IMG/VR virus record: IMGVR_UViG_3300037725_000018
Coordinates: 62,001-126,000 of that record
Strand: one strand, 5' to 3'
Length of the DNA stretch: 64,000 bases
In this document: positions 37,432-46,902 of the stretch, in pieces
Layout: each line of letters opens with the position of its first letter
Position numbering within the stretch: position 1 is the first letter of the stretch
Notes under the pieces: model-generated
What the model was told of the DNA's origin: nothing
Seen by the model: only the letters and a program-made list of their open reading frames with translations
The model's database searches: none
Made by a program: the position numbers and the translations under genes

Positions 37432-37675
37432 TGTGGGCGGGAGTTGCACCCGCCTCTTTGGTTATGGCTACTTCGACCACCGATTCCGGTAAAAACGCAA
37501 GGTCTTTTCGACCTTTTTTGCCTTCCTTCGGTGATCCGGTTCGTTACGGTTGGTTTCCTGCTTACGCTTCCCGCAACCGTGGCGACTCGGGTTGGCGTGA
37601 AAGGCGCAGCAAACTCCCCGGTAATGGGCCGCAACGCTAACCTTTTGGTCAGGATGCTTCCGATTAACCTGCATA
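37432..37675 (-). ncRNA. GC-rich multi-stem RNA of about 240 nt ending in a T-arm-like hairpin
   Basis: Stems ACGGTTG/CAACCGT, AAGGTC-GAAA-AGACCTT and GGCGGG-TGCAACT-CCCGCC; abuts tRNA-Lys. Confidence 0.55.
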
Positions 37676-37734
37676 TCAATTCACCTTCTTGGCTTTCTTT
37701 GATAACGCACCCCTTTAAATGGAGCCTTTCGAAA

Positions 37735-38187
37735 CTAGTTTCGTGAAGCTTTTGTGAACGTTACGTTAGAAAGGTCAACACTTGAACCTTTTAGATACCC
37801 CTTCAAAACTTCTTTGCTTGGCTCGTCACAAGAGTAACGGATCTCTACTTCTCCGTGCTTTTTGACCTCATCTACAACGCCGGAAAACGAATTCGCAGAA
37901 TCAATGCTGTCAAAAAAGATCACTTCTGGCTCGTCTTCAACAAACCGAACGTCTTCGATGCTTTCAGGGAAGTATCCACCCCCGGTCATTTCACGAGATG
38001 AAAACCATCTATAACTCACTTCTTTTTCTTCGTAAGAAGAGACGTTGCCGTTAGCCTTTTCTAAAATAATGTTCATCATTCTAGAAATTGCTAGATCATC
38101 ATAATCGTAAACGAGATACCCGTCTACGTAGACCGCGTTCCAACTATCAGAAAATACTCGCACTATATCGTGACCCTCATTTTTCAT
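37735..38187 (-). CDS. Hypothetical protein
   Basis: 150-aa ORF in operon. Confidence 0.6.
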   Translation of the reverse strand: MKNEGHDIVRVFSDSWNAVYVDGYLVYDYDDLAISRMMNIILEKANGNVSSYEEKEVSYRWFSSREMTGGGYFPESIEDVRFVEDEPEVIFFDSIDSANSFSGVVDEVKKHGEVEIRYSCDEPSKEVLKGYLKGSSVDLSNVTFTKASRN

Positions 38188-38448
38188 AACGTGTGGTTTT
38201 TTACGTGTTTTTGAATTTCAAGAAACGTGAGGCTTTTCAAATCAATCTTGTCAAACCGGGTAGAACTTACAATAAACGAATAGCCATGTTCCCCCTCTTT
38301 TACCCTTACTAAGTCAAAATCATTTATATTGGAGGTCGTTACCTTTAGGTTGCTTGAAAGCCTATCATATAGGCCGACAACTTCATACCATTCTCCTTTA
38401 TTTAAACCCTTTAAACTATCTGTGGAACACCTTAGCTTCATGACGCAA

Positions 38449-38853
38449 TCAATTTTTGTTTCTAGTAGACGCAGAGTAAGCGGGGCCAATAAGCTCGGAA
38501 AGTTTATACTCTACAAACTTGTCGTCTTTTCCCACATCTTCGATGATAAGAAGATCGTCGCAAAATTCCGACAACGTGTGTTGACAAAGACCACACGGCG
38601 CTTCTCCAGTCTGGTTTTGGGCAGACACCGCCAACATATCAAAATTTGTGTGGCCGTCTTCAACCGCTTTGAAAGCGGCAAGCATTTCCGCATGAACAGA
38701 CGTAGACCTTCCGGAAACCTCTACGTTACAGCCCCCATAAGTGTTGTTATTGACTAAAACAGCAGCACCAACTTTGTACCCGCTATATTTGGCATATGCC
38801 TTTTCTTTAAATTTTCTAGCCACTTTTACTAACCGTAACTTTTGATCTTTCAT
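38449..38853 (-). CDS. cdd: Cytidine deaminase
   Basis: AYAKYSGYKVGAAVL, GCNVE, HAE and PCGLC zinc motifs. Confidence 0.92.
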   Translation of the reverse strand: MKDQKLRLVKVARKFKEKAYAKYSGYKVGAAVLVNNNTYGGCNVEVSGRSTSVHAEMLAAFKAVEDGHTNFDMLAVSAQNQTGEAPCGLCQHTLSEFCDDLLIIEDVGKDDKFVEYKLSELIGPAYSASTRNKN

Positions 38854-39104
38854 TTTTTCGAGTTCTTAAAAATTCGTTTCCAAACGTCTTCAATAAGCGG
38901 GGAAAGGTCTTCATTTTCTAAAACCGAAGTTACGTGACTAATAACCTCTCTTTCCCGGCACTTATCTTCAGTTTCAACACCGTTTTCTTCTTTGATTCTT
39001 TGTATTTCGTCTACAATAAGCTGGCGTTGATCTAGAAGCTTGACAATTCGTTGGTCTACATCGTCAATCTTTTCTCTGTGCTCTTCAATTCGGTTTTTAC
39101 TCAT
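38850..39104 (-). CDS. Chorismate mutase type II (AroQ)
   Basis: REKIDDVDQRIVKLLDQR..IQRIK..D..REREV. Confidence 0.85.
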   Translation of the reverse strand: MSKNRIEEHREKIDDVDQRIVKLLDQRQLIVDEIQRIKEENGVETEDKCREREVISHVTSVLENEDLSPLIEDVWKRIFKNSKK

Positions 39105-39619
39105 ATTTGGCTATTTGACTTTTTAATGAGAACTTTATCTTTTGTGTCATATCTGTACGTTAGGGAGAAAGGCAAAATGGAAAATGTTCCTTGAAAATCA
39201 AGTTCATCGACGTATTTTTCGCCTCTTCCTTTTTTTAGGTACGCAATTGTAACGTGTGGATCATAGTCAAACCGGATTTCGTTTTTTCTTTGCTTACAAA
39301 AGCTATGCTCTTCTTTAAGGCGACCGGACTTAACGTTGAACTTTAAAACATCAAACCAAGGGTTTTCAAAAAGCCCAACCCCGGTAATTTTTAAATTTGG
39401 AAATTCAAACTTGTTTTCATTTTCAACGATCCAGTCTTTTTCATCATTTATCCAACCGTAAAAGACGGTACAATGTGGAAAAAGCTCGTATCCGTATGTG
39501 TCTGCTTTTCCGTATACGTCTTTTTCATCGACGGTTTGAAGAATCGAAAGCCAACCGTCCCACTTCAAATCATACATTAAACAGCCTTTTGGAGACCGAC
39601 GTTTTTCTTTGGTTTTCAT
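39101..39619 (-). CDS. 2H phosphoesterase (Acb1/T4 gp57B-like or 2'-5' RNA ligase-like)
   Basis: Two HxT motifs: PHCTVFYG and PHVTIAY. Confidence 0.8.
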   Translation of the reverse strand: MKTKEKRRSPKGCLMYDLKWDGWLSILQTVDEKDVYGKADTYGYELFPHCTVFYGWINDEKDWIVENENKFEFPNLKITGVGLFENPWFDVLKFNVKSGRLKEEHSFCKQRKNEIRFDYDPHVTIAYLKKGRGEKYVDELDFQGTFSILPFSLTYRYDTKDKVLIKKSNSQI

Positions 39620-39629
39620 GTTTTTATCT

Positions 39630-40289
39630 TTACTTTTGAACAGTTCGTTTAACCCTTTGATCTTTAGGCTTTTCAAGAAGATAAAAGGTTCCCTTCTCTC
39701 GAATAAAGTGCTTAGAGTGAAGTTCCATATTCACCCGGACAAAATCTTGACCTTCAACCTCTTCTTTCTCTGCCACTTCATCAACGGTTTCGCCGTGCGG
39801 TTTAAAATAGAAGATTTGAAATTCTTCGTTGGAAAGCTCTTCCTCGTCGTAAATGATTTGCGTTAGGTCGTCCATGTTGCTAATGTTGTACTTTTCGTCT
39901 ACGGCGTCGTATTGATCTCTAACCCGCTCTTGAAGATCATCAATCCAACTGCCAAGGTTGTTGATCTCTTTTACTTCTACCGGGTCTTGATCGGCAAACA
40001 CAAAAGAGCCAAAACAGGAAAAATCTGTTCCGTCCGGGTTCCCGTCTTCATCTACGGTGAGGTGCTCTTTCTCGGAAAGGCTAAAGACGTAAGCTTTTCC
40101 CTTGTCTTTATTTCTTTCTGCAAAATCTTCAATGTCTTCAACAATGTAGTTACGCGGAAGGTAATATTCATCACCTATCTTCACATAGTTTTGATCTTGG
40201 ACAACTTCAATGTCCATGTTCATCCCAAGATCGATAAGCATATCTTCATCTAAAGGATTTTGCTGCTGTTTTTCAATAAGCTCAAACAT
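39630..40289 (-). CDS. Hypothetical acidic protein
   Basis: 219-aa ORF. Confidence 0.6.
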   Translation of the reverse strand: MFELIEKQQQNPLDEDMLIDLGMNMDIEVVQDQNYVKIGDEYYLPRNYIVEDIEDFAERNKDKGKAYVFSLSEKEHLTVDEDGNPDGTDFSCFGSFVFADQDPVEVKEINNLGSWIDDLQERVRDQYDAVDEKYNISNMDDLTQIIYDEEELSNEEFQIFYFKPHGETVDEVAEKEEVEGQDFVRVNMELHSKHFIREKGTFYLLEKPKDQRVKRTVQK

Positions 40290-40336
40290 ATACTGTTATT
40301 GGTTGTTTTAATTGAATATAAATAACGCAAGATGCA

Positions 40337-41812
40337 TTACACGCGAACCATGTCGTAACGATCATCCATGATCGTATTCAACGTAATTTGAATCGGGGTA
40401 ATGTTTTGGCCGGAAAGAATGTTCTTCATAATTGACGGGCTAAATCCGCTCACAAGAGCAGCTCCGCTTTCGGAAAACCGAACCGGATTATTCCCGCTAT
40501 CATCTAGGTTCCAAAACACAATGTTTGGGGCTTCGTATCCAGCTTTTTCGTACTTCTCCCGGACCATGTTCATCGCAGACACCGAACGCCCATCAATATT
40601 GTATGAATCAAACTGCATGTCGGACATAACAAGAATTGTTTCCGGCATTTGGTTTTCGGGTACGTTTCTGCTTTTTGCAAAGGAAAGCAAGCTTTCAAAC
40701 ATCGCAGAAATGTTTGTATTCATTCCCCAAGAAATTTCGTTTAGGCTTTCTACCCGATCTCGGAGATTTGAGCCTCCGATTTCAACGAAACTTGGGTTTT
40801 CGCTAAACGTCACAACCCGGTTTTGAAATGGTCCGGTGTTGTGCTCTGCCGTGTAAAGTCCAAGCCCGATAGCAACGTCAATCGGCCTTGTGGACGAGTT
40901 AGAGTTATAGGAAGCAGTCATGCTTCCGGACACGTCAACAACGGATAGAACATTATCTTCCATCCACACAGGAAGGTTCTTCCACTGCCCTTCAAGTTGC
41001 TTTAGCTCTTTGTCTCCGATAGAAGAGCCGCTTCCAAAAGCATTTCGGGATTGAAGAATGGGCTTGACAATTTCATGTGGAAAAATCGCCCCCGCACTCA
41101 TTTTTGTGTCTGTAGATTCGTCAAGCACGTCGTCTAGGTAAGCTTCAAAACGATCTTCGTCGTTTCGAACAAATGCATTCCGATACTTCCGGATTGCTTG
41201 AGATGGAACAGACTCGTAATCAATGCTATCCCAATTTTCTTCGCACATGTCCTGTTCAACTACGTCACGAAGACCGGACACAAGCTTTCTGTACCGCTTA
41301 GAGCGGTTTCCTACACTTCCACTATCAAACATGTGGTCACGGAGATCCGTAAACATGTCGTGGTCGGACTTGCCTTCAGACGGTGCCCACTTCGCCGCAA
41401 GACTGTCTCCGGACTCCAAGGCTTTTTCATAAAAATTCAAAGCGTCTTCATACACTTCGGTTCCCTTCGTTGAGTGAAGAACATCGTCCCAACGCCCGTA
41501 TTCGGGAATTAGATCAAGGTTTTTTCGGGCCGTTTCTGGATCGTTCTCTGCAAGCCACCGGAACATAATCCGAAACGTTCGCCGCTCTCCTTGTCCCCCG
41601 CGAATGTCGCGGTTATAGAAAAGTGACCGAAGAGCACCTTCCTTCGTTTCTTGATACGCCTTTCGAAAAAGGTCTTCGATGTATTCCGGGTCTTTTGAGC
41701 GAGACGCGCCCATAGAGAAGAAAAGATCCACAAGGTCTTTGCCGCTTGTGGAATGGGTCTTCATCCCATTTTCGGTCGTCTCGTCGTAAATTCCGGTTAG
41801 AATCTTGTTCAT
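40337..41812 (-). CDS. DUF2828-family helical plus vWA protein (Ro60/TROVE-like architecture)
   Basis: TTENGM, RDIRGGQGER, YGRWDD, AKWAP, MIDAS DVSGSM, WGMNTN, SDMQFD, VFWNL, VSGFSP. Confidence 0.9.
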   Translation of the reverse strand: MNKILTGIYDETTENGMKTHSTSGKDLVDLFFSMGASRSKDPEYIEDLFRKAYQETKEGALRSLFYNRDIRGGQGERRTFRIMFRWLAENDPETARKNLDLIPEYGRWDDVLHSTKGTEVYEDALNFYEKALESGDSLAAKWAPSEGKSDHDMFTDLRDHMFDSGSVGNRSKRYRKLVSGLRDVVEQDMCEENWDSIDYESVPSQAIRKYRNAFVRNDEDRFEAYLDDVLDESTDTKMSAGAIFPHEIVKPILQSRNAFGSGSSIGDKELKQLEGQWKNLPVWMEDNVLSVVDVSGSMTASYNSNSSTRPIDVAIGLGLYTAEHNTGPFQNRVVTFSENPSFVEIGGSNLRDRVESLNEISWGMNTNISAMFESLLSFAKSRNVPENQMPETILVMSDMQFDSYNIDGRSVSAMNMVREKYEKAGYEAPNIVFWNLDDSGNNPVRFSESGAALVSGFSPSIMKNILSGQNITPIQITLNTIMDDRYDMVRV

Positions 41813-41917
41813 GGCGATAATTTATAACTTTAGTTTCGTTAATAGTAAAAAGCTTCTTCTCTTTCTCTAACCTCTAAAACAAAAAAACGAAGGGATGGTT
41901 CCAAGTTCAAACACTCT

Positions 41918-42373
41918 TCACAACACGTTTTGAACAGAAGCTATTTTAGAATTGTAGTAAGAAGATTCTCCTGTAACTTCTTCTCCCGCCCACGAAGGAA
42001 CATCTTCATCTGTATTTTCCATTTCAAGAAGAATTAGATCCCGGTCTTCAAAAAAGTCTACGCTAACAGACCCGGTTTCAGTTTTAAGGTAATACCGTTT
42101 CTTTTTAAGCCCGGACACCGCAGACTTTTTTAATTCTCTGTACTGGTGCTTGTTAATCACCGTTTCATTTTCTTCCCGGCAGTGGGCATACCCGCCTTGT
42201 TTGACCGTAAGCCGATAAGACTCTCCACCGTTTCTTTTTCGAATCCGAACTTCCGGGTCACTTTGGCTTATGTAGTACTGCTCAATTTCAACAGTTTTCT
42301 CAACGTCTTCTCGGCTTACTTTCGAATTCCAATCATCTTTTGAAACCAAAAACTTTCTTTCTTTTTCGACCAT
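41918..42373 (-). CDS. CYTH-domain triphosphate tunnel metalloenzyme
   Basis: EKERKFLV, IEQYY, VRIR, LTVK, W.G.EVT..YYN. Confidence 0.9.
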   Translation of the reverse strand: MVEKERKFLVSKDDWNSKVSREDVEKTVEIEQYYISQSDPEVRIRKRNGGESYRLTVKQGGYAHCREENETVINKHQYRELKKSAVSGLKKKRYYLKTETGSVSVDFFEDRDLILLEMENTDEDVPSWAGEEVTGESSYYNSKIASVQNVL

Positions 42374-42402
42374 AACACTTGAATATAACTTTTATGAATA
42401 AA

Positions 42403-43686
42403 TTACCACCAAACCTTCTTGTTCACGTTTTCAACCGAACCTTTTCGGTCGTACGTCCAAAGGTAAGCGGTTTTTGGAACTCCAGTCCATCCGTTTTGCC
42501 ATTCGTATTTTCCGGAGTTTGTAACGCTTCGCATAAACTGGACATTTAGGCCAACAGAGTCTTTTGAGCGAAGGAATTGATACTGTTCTTCGTTGTGAAT
42601 ATCTCCAAGGAAGGCTTTTCGAATGCCCCCCTTTGTATTTGCCCAAATATCTGTTGCCTCTTCCGCAAAGTTTGAAGGGAGGCGCTGCATCTTTGAACGA
42701 GTCTTGCAATGGTATCCGTGAGCCATAAGGAATCCACATTTTCCAAACCTATAATACTTGCGCTCTTTCCGGGAATAGTCAATATTCACATGCGAAGTAG
42801 AGCTAAACGCATGTTTTAAAAGCATCCCCAAAAAGAAGTCCAAGTCTTCGTCGTGGTTCCCGTAAATCACCGGAACGGTAACAACCGGAAACTGCTCGGC
42901 TGCGTACCGGAGAACTTCAATGAGCATTTCCGACCCGGTTTCAAAACTCTCTTGAAACGGCACAATGACCCGTTGAGGCGTTCCACGCTTTGTTGTGTTT
43001 CGGTCGTCGTTTACCGTCCAAAAGTCCGATCCAACCGGGAAGAAAAGCCGTTTAACGCCTTTTTCTTTTGCCTCGTCAATAAGTCGTATAGATTTTTCTT
43101 TAAACGTCTGGACGTTGTCTTCAATCGTATCGTCTGTGTCGTATCCAGTTTCAGACGCCAAAACAACTTTGTCAATATGGGCGTCGTGAAGTCCAATAAC
43201 TCCACAAAAGTCTTTTGGGTTGGAAGGAGTCGGTTTATCAATTTTCGGCGTTGATATGTTTTCGAGCCGATCCGAAAAATACTTCGTTATGTGTTCGAAA
43301 TCTGAACGGTAGTCAGACCGGACCTTCACAGAAAACTTTGTGCTTCCGTCTGCACCTTCCCAAATCGTGTATTTGGAAACTTCTTCTTCGTCAAGCCCGT
43401 GCTGGTTTAAAAACCGTTGAAGCGGCGTAAGGTTTGAATCGTCTTCATCTGAAACGTTGGAAGGGGGAGCTGGCTTAACTTCACCTTCATACGTAGTCTC
43501 CGGGCTTTCTTCATCCCGAACCTTTTCTCTTACTTTAGACCGGATCTTTTGTACCTGAGTTTCGTCTACGTTGTCGGAGGCAAACATGTCTTTAATTTTG
43601 CCTACCCCCCACTTTAGGTATCCGGTGTTTTCTTCAAGGTACTTTCGAAGTTCTTCCGCGCTAAGATGCTTTTTTTCTCTTCCCAT
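42403..43686 (-). CDS. Calcineurin-like metallophosphoesterase
   Basis: DAH, GSD, GNHD, AHG and GDIH motifs. Confidence 0.85.
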   Translation of the reverse strand: MGREKKHLSAEELRKYLEENTGYLKWGVGKIKDMFASDNVDETQVQKIRSKVREKVRDEESPETTYEGEVKPAPPSNVSDEDDSNLTPLQRFLNQHGLDEEEVSKYTIWEGADGSTKFSVKVRSDYRSDFEHITKYFSDRLENISTPKIDKPTPSNPKDFCGVIGLHDAHIDKVVLASETGYDTDDTIEDNVQTFKEKSIRLIDEAKEKGVKRLFFPVGSDFWTVNDDRNTTKRGTPQRVIVPFQESFETGSEMLIEVLRYAAEQFPVVTVPVIYGNHDEDLDFFLGMLLKHAFSSTSHVNIDYSRKERKYYRFGKCGFLMAHGYHCKTRSKMQRLPSNFAEEATDIWANTKGGIRKAFLGDIHNEEQYQFLRSKDSVGLNVQFMRSVTNSGKYEWQNGWTGVPKTAYLWTYDRKGSVENVNKKVWW

Positions 43687-43815
43687 TTGATATAAATCTG
43701 TTTGAAACTTGTGTATATTGGTAGGTCATTCGGAGAAGTAACTTTGTTTTATAGATAGTTTAGGGTGTAGATAATACGGCAACTGCATGTTAAAATTCAT
43801 ACAGACTTCATCTTG

Positions 43816-43907
43816 CGGTAGGAGTGGGGGACGATCCCACAAGGCCATATTTCAGGTTCGGCACCTTTCCAAGATGCTACAGTCGCCAACTATCTGTTTG
43901 CCCTACC
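43816..43907 (-). tRNA. tRNA-Ser(GGA)
   Basis: Class II, loop TTGGAAA, T-loop ATCGTCC. Confidence 0.82.
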
Positions 43908-43917
43908 ATGTATGTAG

Positions 43918-43989
43918 TAGCCACGTGGAGAATCGAACTCCAACTCTCCTGCACGTCAAGCAGGCGCTTTTCCGTTAAGCTACGTGGCT
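43918..43989 (-). tRNA. tRNA-Val(GAC)
   Basis: Loop TTGACGT. Confidence 0.88.
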
Positions 43990-44188
43990 ATGGGTTTGGA
44001 ACTCCCCAACTGGCAAGTTCCAATTTCCACGTCACAACGTCGATTTCTTCGTCGTAATCGAAACCCAAAACGTAGTAATACTTTCTTCCGATTTCAATCG
44101 CGTAACACTTCTTCAAAGCGTCAGAAAACTTGTTGAGCGTTTTCGTCTGGCTTAAAGAAACATCAATCCACTTCTTCGTCATTCTTTT

Positions 44189-44701
44189 TTAGTGAAACAC
44201 ATATGGCTTCCAAGATTCATCTAATGTACCCATATTTTTGAAGATCGAGAAGTATGTTGGTCGGTAAATATCCAAGTCCTCTTTTCCGGTTCCAAGAATA
44301 TCTTCGACCTCCGAAAGCGGCTTGTCTCCTTTCGTTTGGTTGCAACTTTTGCAAGCGGTCACAAGATTTTTCCACGTGTTCTTTCCACCTTTACTTTTTG
44401 GTTTGACGTGATCTAGCGTAAGATTATCTTCACTTCCGCAGTACACGCACTCGTGATTATCTCGCTTGTAAATGTTTGAGCGGGTAAGGCTTACGTTGCC
44501 TCGGGGACGCTGCACGTACTGTTCAATCACCCGGACAATGGAAGGGGCATAAATTTCTGTAGATGGAGAGCGAAGAACCGTGTTTTCATAGCGGTTGATA
44601 ACTTCTACCCGGTTTTTAAACTCCAACGTAAATCCTCTCTCAATAGGAACAACGTAAAGTGGTGTGTAATCTTTATTTAGAACAAGTGTCTGCTTATTCA
44701 T
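44189..44701 (-). CDS. HNH endonuclease (McrA-like HNH family)
   Basis: LVLNKDYTPL, RD..CVYCG, LTLDHVKPKSKGG..W.NLVTAC..CN..K. Confidence 0.92.
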   Translation of the reverse strand: MNKQTLVLNKDYTPLYVVPIERGFTLEFKNRVEVINRYENTVLRSPSTEIYAPSIVRVIEQYVQRPRGNVSLTRSNIYKRDNHECVYCGSEDNLTLDHVKPKSKGGKNTWKNLVTACKSCNQTKGDKPLSEVEDILGTGKEDLDIYRPTYFSIFKNMGTLDESWKPYVFH

Positions 44702-45063
44702 GGCTTAACCATTATCTTGTTAGCTCGCTTGTATGAATTAGTTAATTGGTTGCTTTGATTAGATGTTGTTGTGACTATATTCTAAAGTCCTTGTTCCACT
44801 TTCAGTTTCAAATTCCCAACAAATTGAAATAAGACCCCTTGCCCATTTTCCCTGCGAATAGTTATCTACTAGCCTTGCCCATTCTTCCATAGGAAGACTG
44901 TCAAATGGAAGGGTCAATTCTGTTTTTGAATCCGCATAAAAAGGCCCATCGTATTTTTTGGTCTTCTTTTTGTCTCCCGGTAAACGGTACTTGATGGTCA
45001 AATGTTCTTTGTGTATCTTAATCATTTTTATATATCTCAACCGGGAAAAAAGTAGCAATAAAG

Positions 45064-45147
45064 TACCTCCGGTGGGACTCGAACCCACACGCCTCAAAGG
45101 ACACCGAATTTTGAATTCGGCACGTCTGCCGATTCCGTCACGGAGGC
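45064..45147 (-). tRNA. tRNA-Leu(CAA)
   Basis: Class II, loop TTCAAAA. Confidence 0.92.
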
Positions 45148-45817
45148 TTTCGTTTCTATTCTTCTTGTGTGTGCTTTGAGCAACCAAATTCGCTCCCGTC
45201 TTCTCCTGCTGGAGGGTTGAACGGGTACTTCAGACCTCCAAACTCTTGCGAAAGTTCTTTGTTCCCGCAAAGAGGAACGCCTTCTTGAACTTCAAAGAAA
45301 ACGCATGTTTCGCATGTATCGTTCATAGCAAACTCACCTTTTGACTTTTGATTCATTGATTAGCTATTCTTCATCCCAATACTTTTCCGTGAACTCTTTG
45401 AACTCTTCTTTGTCCTCTTCCCAATCCCCGCTCCAGTTTGGAAATACTTTTTGAAAGCCAATGTATCCTAAACGGGAACGAAGCTTTTCGTACTCTACTT
45501 CAAGAGTTTTTTCTTCATCGACCGGAACCAAACTTGAATGTGAAATAAGTCTTTCCACAGACCCGGCAGAAGACTTCGTTCTTCCGGTTTCAACGTTTTG
45601 CAAGATGTATCGCTTCAAAGTTATTGTTTCCCCGGCTTTTGATCCACGTCTTGCCTCTTTCTTCGTTTCTTGAACGTGAACTTCATATACTCTTTCTCCG
45701 TCTGTAAACCTATCTCCAACCTCGATCATAACAGTTTTTTGTTTTATGTTCGTCAATTATAAACGGTCTGAATTGTACCATTGTTTTTCATGTAACCGAA
45801 AAGTTAACGATGAAAAA

Positions 45818-45860
45818 GGTAGCCCCGGTGGGGATCGAACCCACACTGAACAGTTTTTAA
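45818..45860 (-). pseudogene. 3' half of a split resident tRNA-Leu(TAA)
   Basis: T-TAA-AA-ACTGT-TCAGT-GTGGG-TTCGATC-CCCAC-CGGGGCT-ACC. Confidence 0.85.
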
Positions 45861-45949
45861 TGGTACTCCCGGAGGGACTCGAACCCCCAATCCATATTTC
45901 AGGCGTCTGATCTTAAGTCAGAAGTGTATTCCAATTCCACCACGGGAGC
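45861..45949 (-). tRNA. tRNA-Leu(TAA)
   Basis: Class II cloverleaf, TCTGA-CTTAAGA-TCAGA, encoded CCA. Confidence 0.92.
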
Positions 45950-45957
45950 ATATACTT

Positions 45958-46572
45958 TTAGTTCATGTTAATGCTGTTTTCATCTATCAAACGTTTACAT
46001 CTATAATAATTTCCACCTTTCGCTGCTAATCCTACTTCTAACAATGCCTGTCTTATATTATCGTTTCGTTTCAAAGATGAAATCAATGTTGAATCACTCA
46101 CCTTTTTGCTTCCGGTATTTATATTTCTTCCTCTAAAGTAACTTGTCTGTGAATGGCAGTTGGGACAGAGAAGTCTCAAATTTTCAACACGGTGGTCTAG
46201 GCTATTGCCGTTTATGTGATCTATTTCTAAAGTTATGGGTTTTCCATTCCATGTATCCGATAAACCGCACTCATAACACTTTTCTTTCAAAATGCCTTTT
46301 TTTAATGCAAATTTTTTAACATACGCTCCCGGAAGATTAGAGTTCTTTTGAAAAACTTCTTCCTTTGATTTCAGCAGTTTTCCTTTTGACCAATCTCTTT
46401 TGCCATCAAAGTGAGAAAGGTCTTTTTTTCCCTCTTCATAAGCTTTTTTCAGACCATTGCTATTCTTCTTTTTAACTTATGGACACTTTTGATATGTTTC
46501 TTCGCAACATTTTTTTCCATTACTTAAAACATACCTTGCTTCTCTATCGCAACCATAATCGCACTTATTCAT
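45958..46572 (-). pseudogene. HNH homing endonuclease with premature in-frame TAA at codon 32
   Basis: ATG at 46572 (MNKCDYGC...KCP*VKKK) is in frame with CYECG..LEIDHINGNSLDHRVENLRLLCPNCH; TAA at 46477-46479. Confidence 0.8.
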
Positions 46573-46631
46573 TATACCTACTTTTTTAATTCATTCGCGG
46601 ATATATAGTAGGTATACGAAAGTTTTAATGG

Positions 46632-46664
46632 TTAAACTGCCTCTTCCGGTTGGGCTACAGGGCC
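46632..46664 (-). pseudogene. 5' half of the split tRNA-Leu(TAA)
   Basis: GGCCCTG-TA-GCCCAACCGGAAGAGGCAGTTT; GGCCCTG pairs with CGGGGCT and GCAGT with ACTGT of the 3' half. Confidence 0.8.
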
Positions 46665-46902
46665 GTAAAAATTATTCGAGAGTATGACTTCCACTTCCGG
46701 TAGAAAAGTAAACAAGTTCTCGGACTGAAAAAGGTTTGATTTCTATGTCAAACCGATCATCCCAATCTTCAACGTACCAGCACTTCCTATAAAGAGTGTT
46801 TAAAATCGCATCAGAGTTCGGACCGGATGTTAAAAGAGGTTTGTTAACTTCGGCCTTAAACGCTTCCTCAGAATCTTCGATTATAACAAGCATAGGTGGT
46901 TT

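Larger units (their letters stand above)
45861..46631 (-). mobile_element. HNH endonuclease plus replacement tRNA-Leu(TAA) cassette inserted at the anticodon loop of a tRNA-Leu(TAA)
   Basis: Flanked by matching tRNA halves; TTTTAATGGT direct repeat at 45855-45864 and 46623-46632. Confidence 0.8.

Noticed and set aside
44189-44701. Third HNH as another tRNA-replacement cassette
   Set aside because: No split tRNA halves flank it, and it belongs to a different, McrA-like HNH family.
45861-46631. Group I intron in tRNA-Leu(UAA), as in cyanobacteria
   Set aside because: The insert is almost entirely HNH coding sequence plus a complete tRNA, leaving no room for a ribozyme core, and the 5' exon is degenerate.
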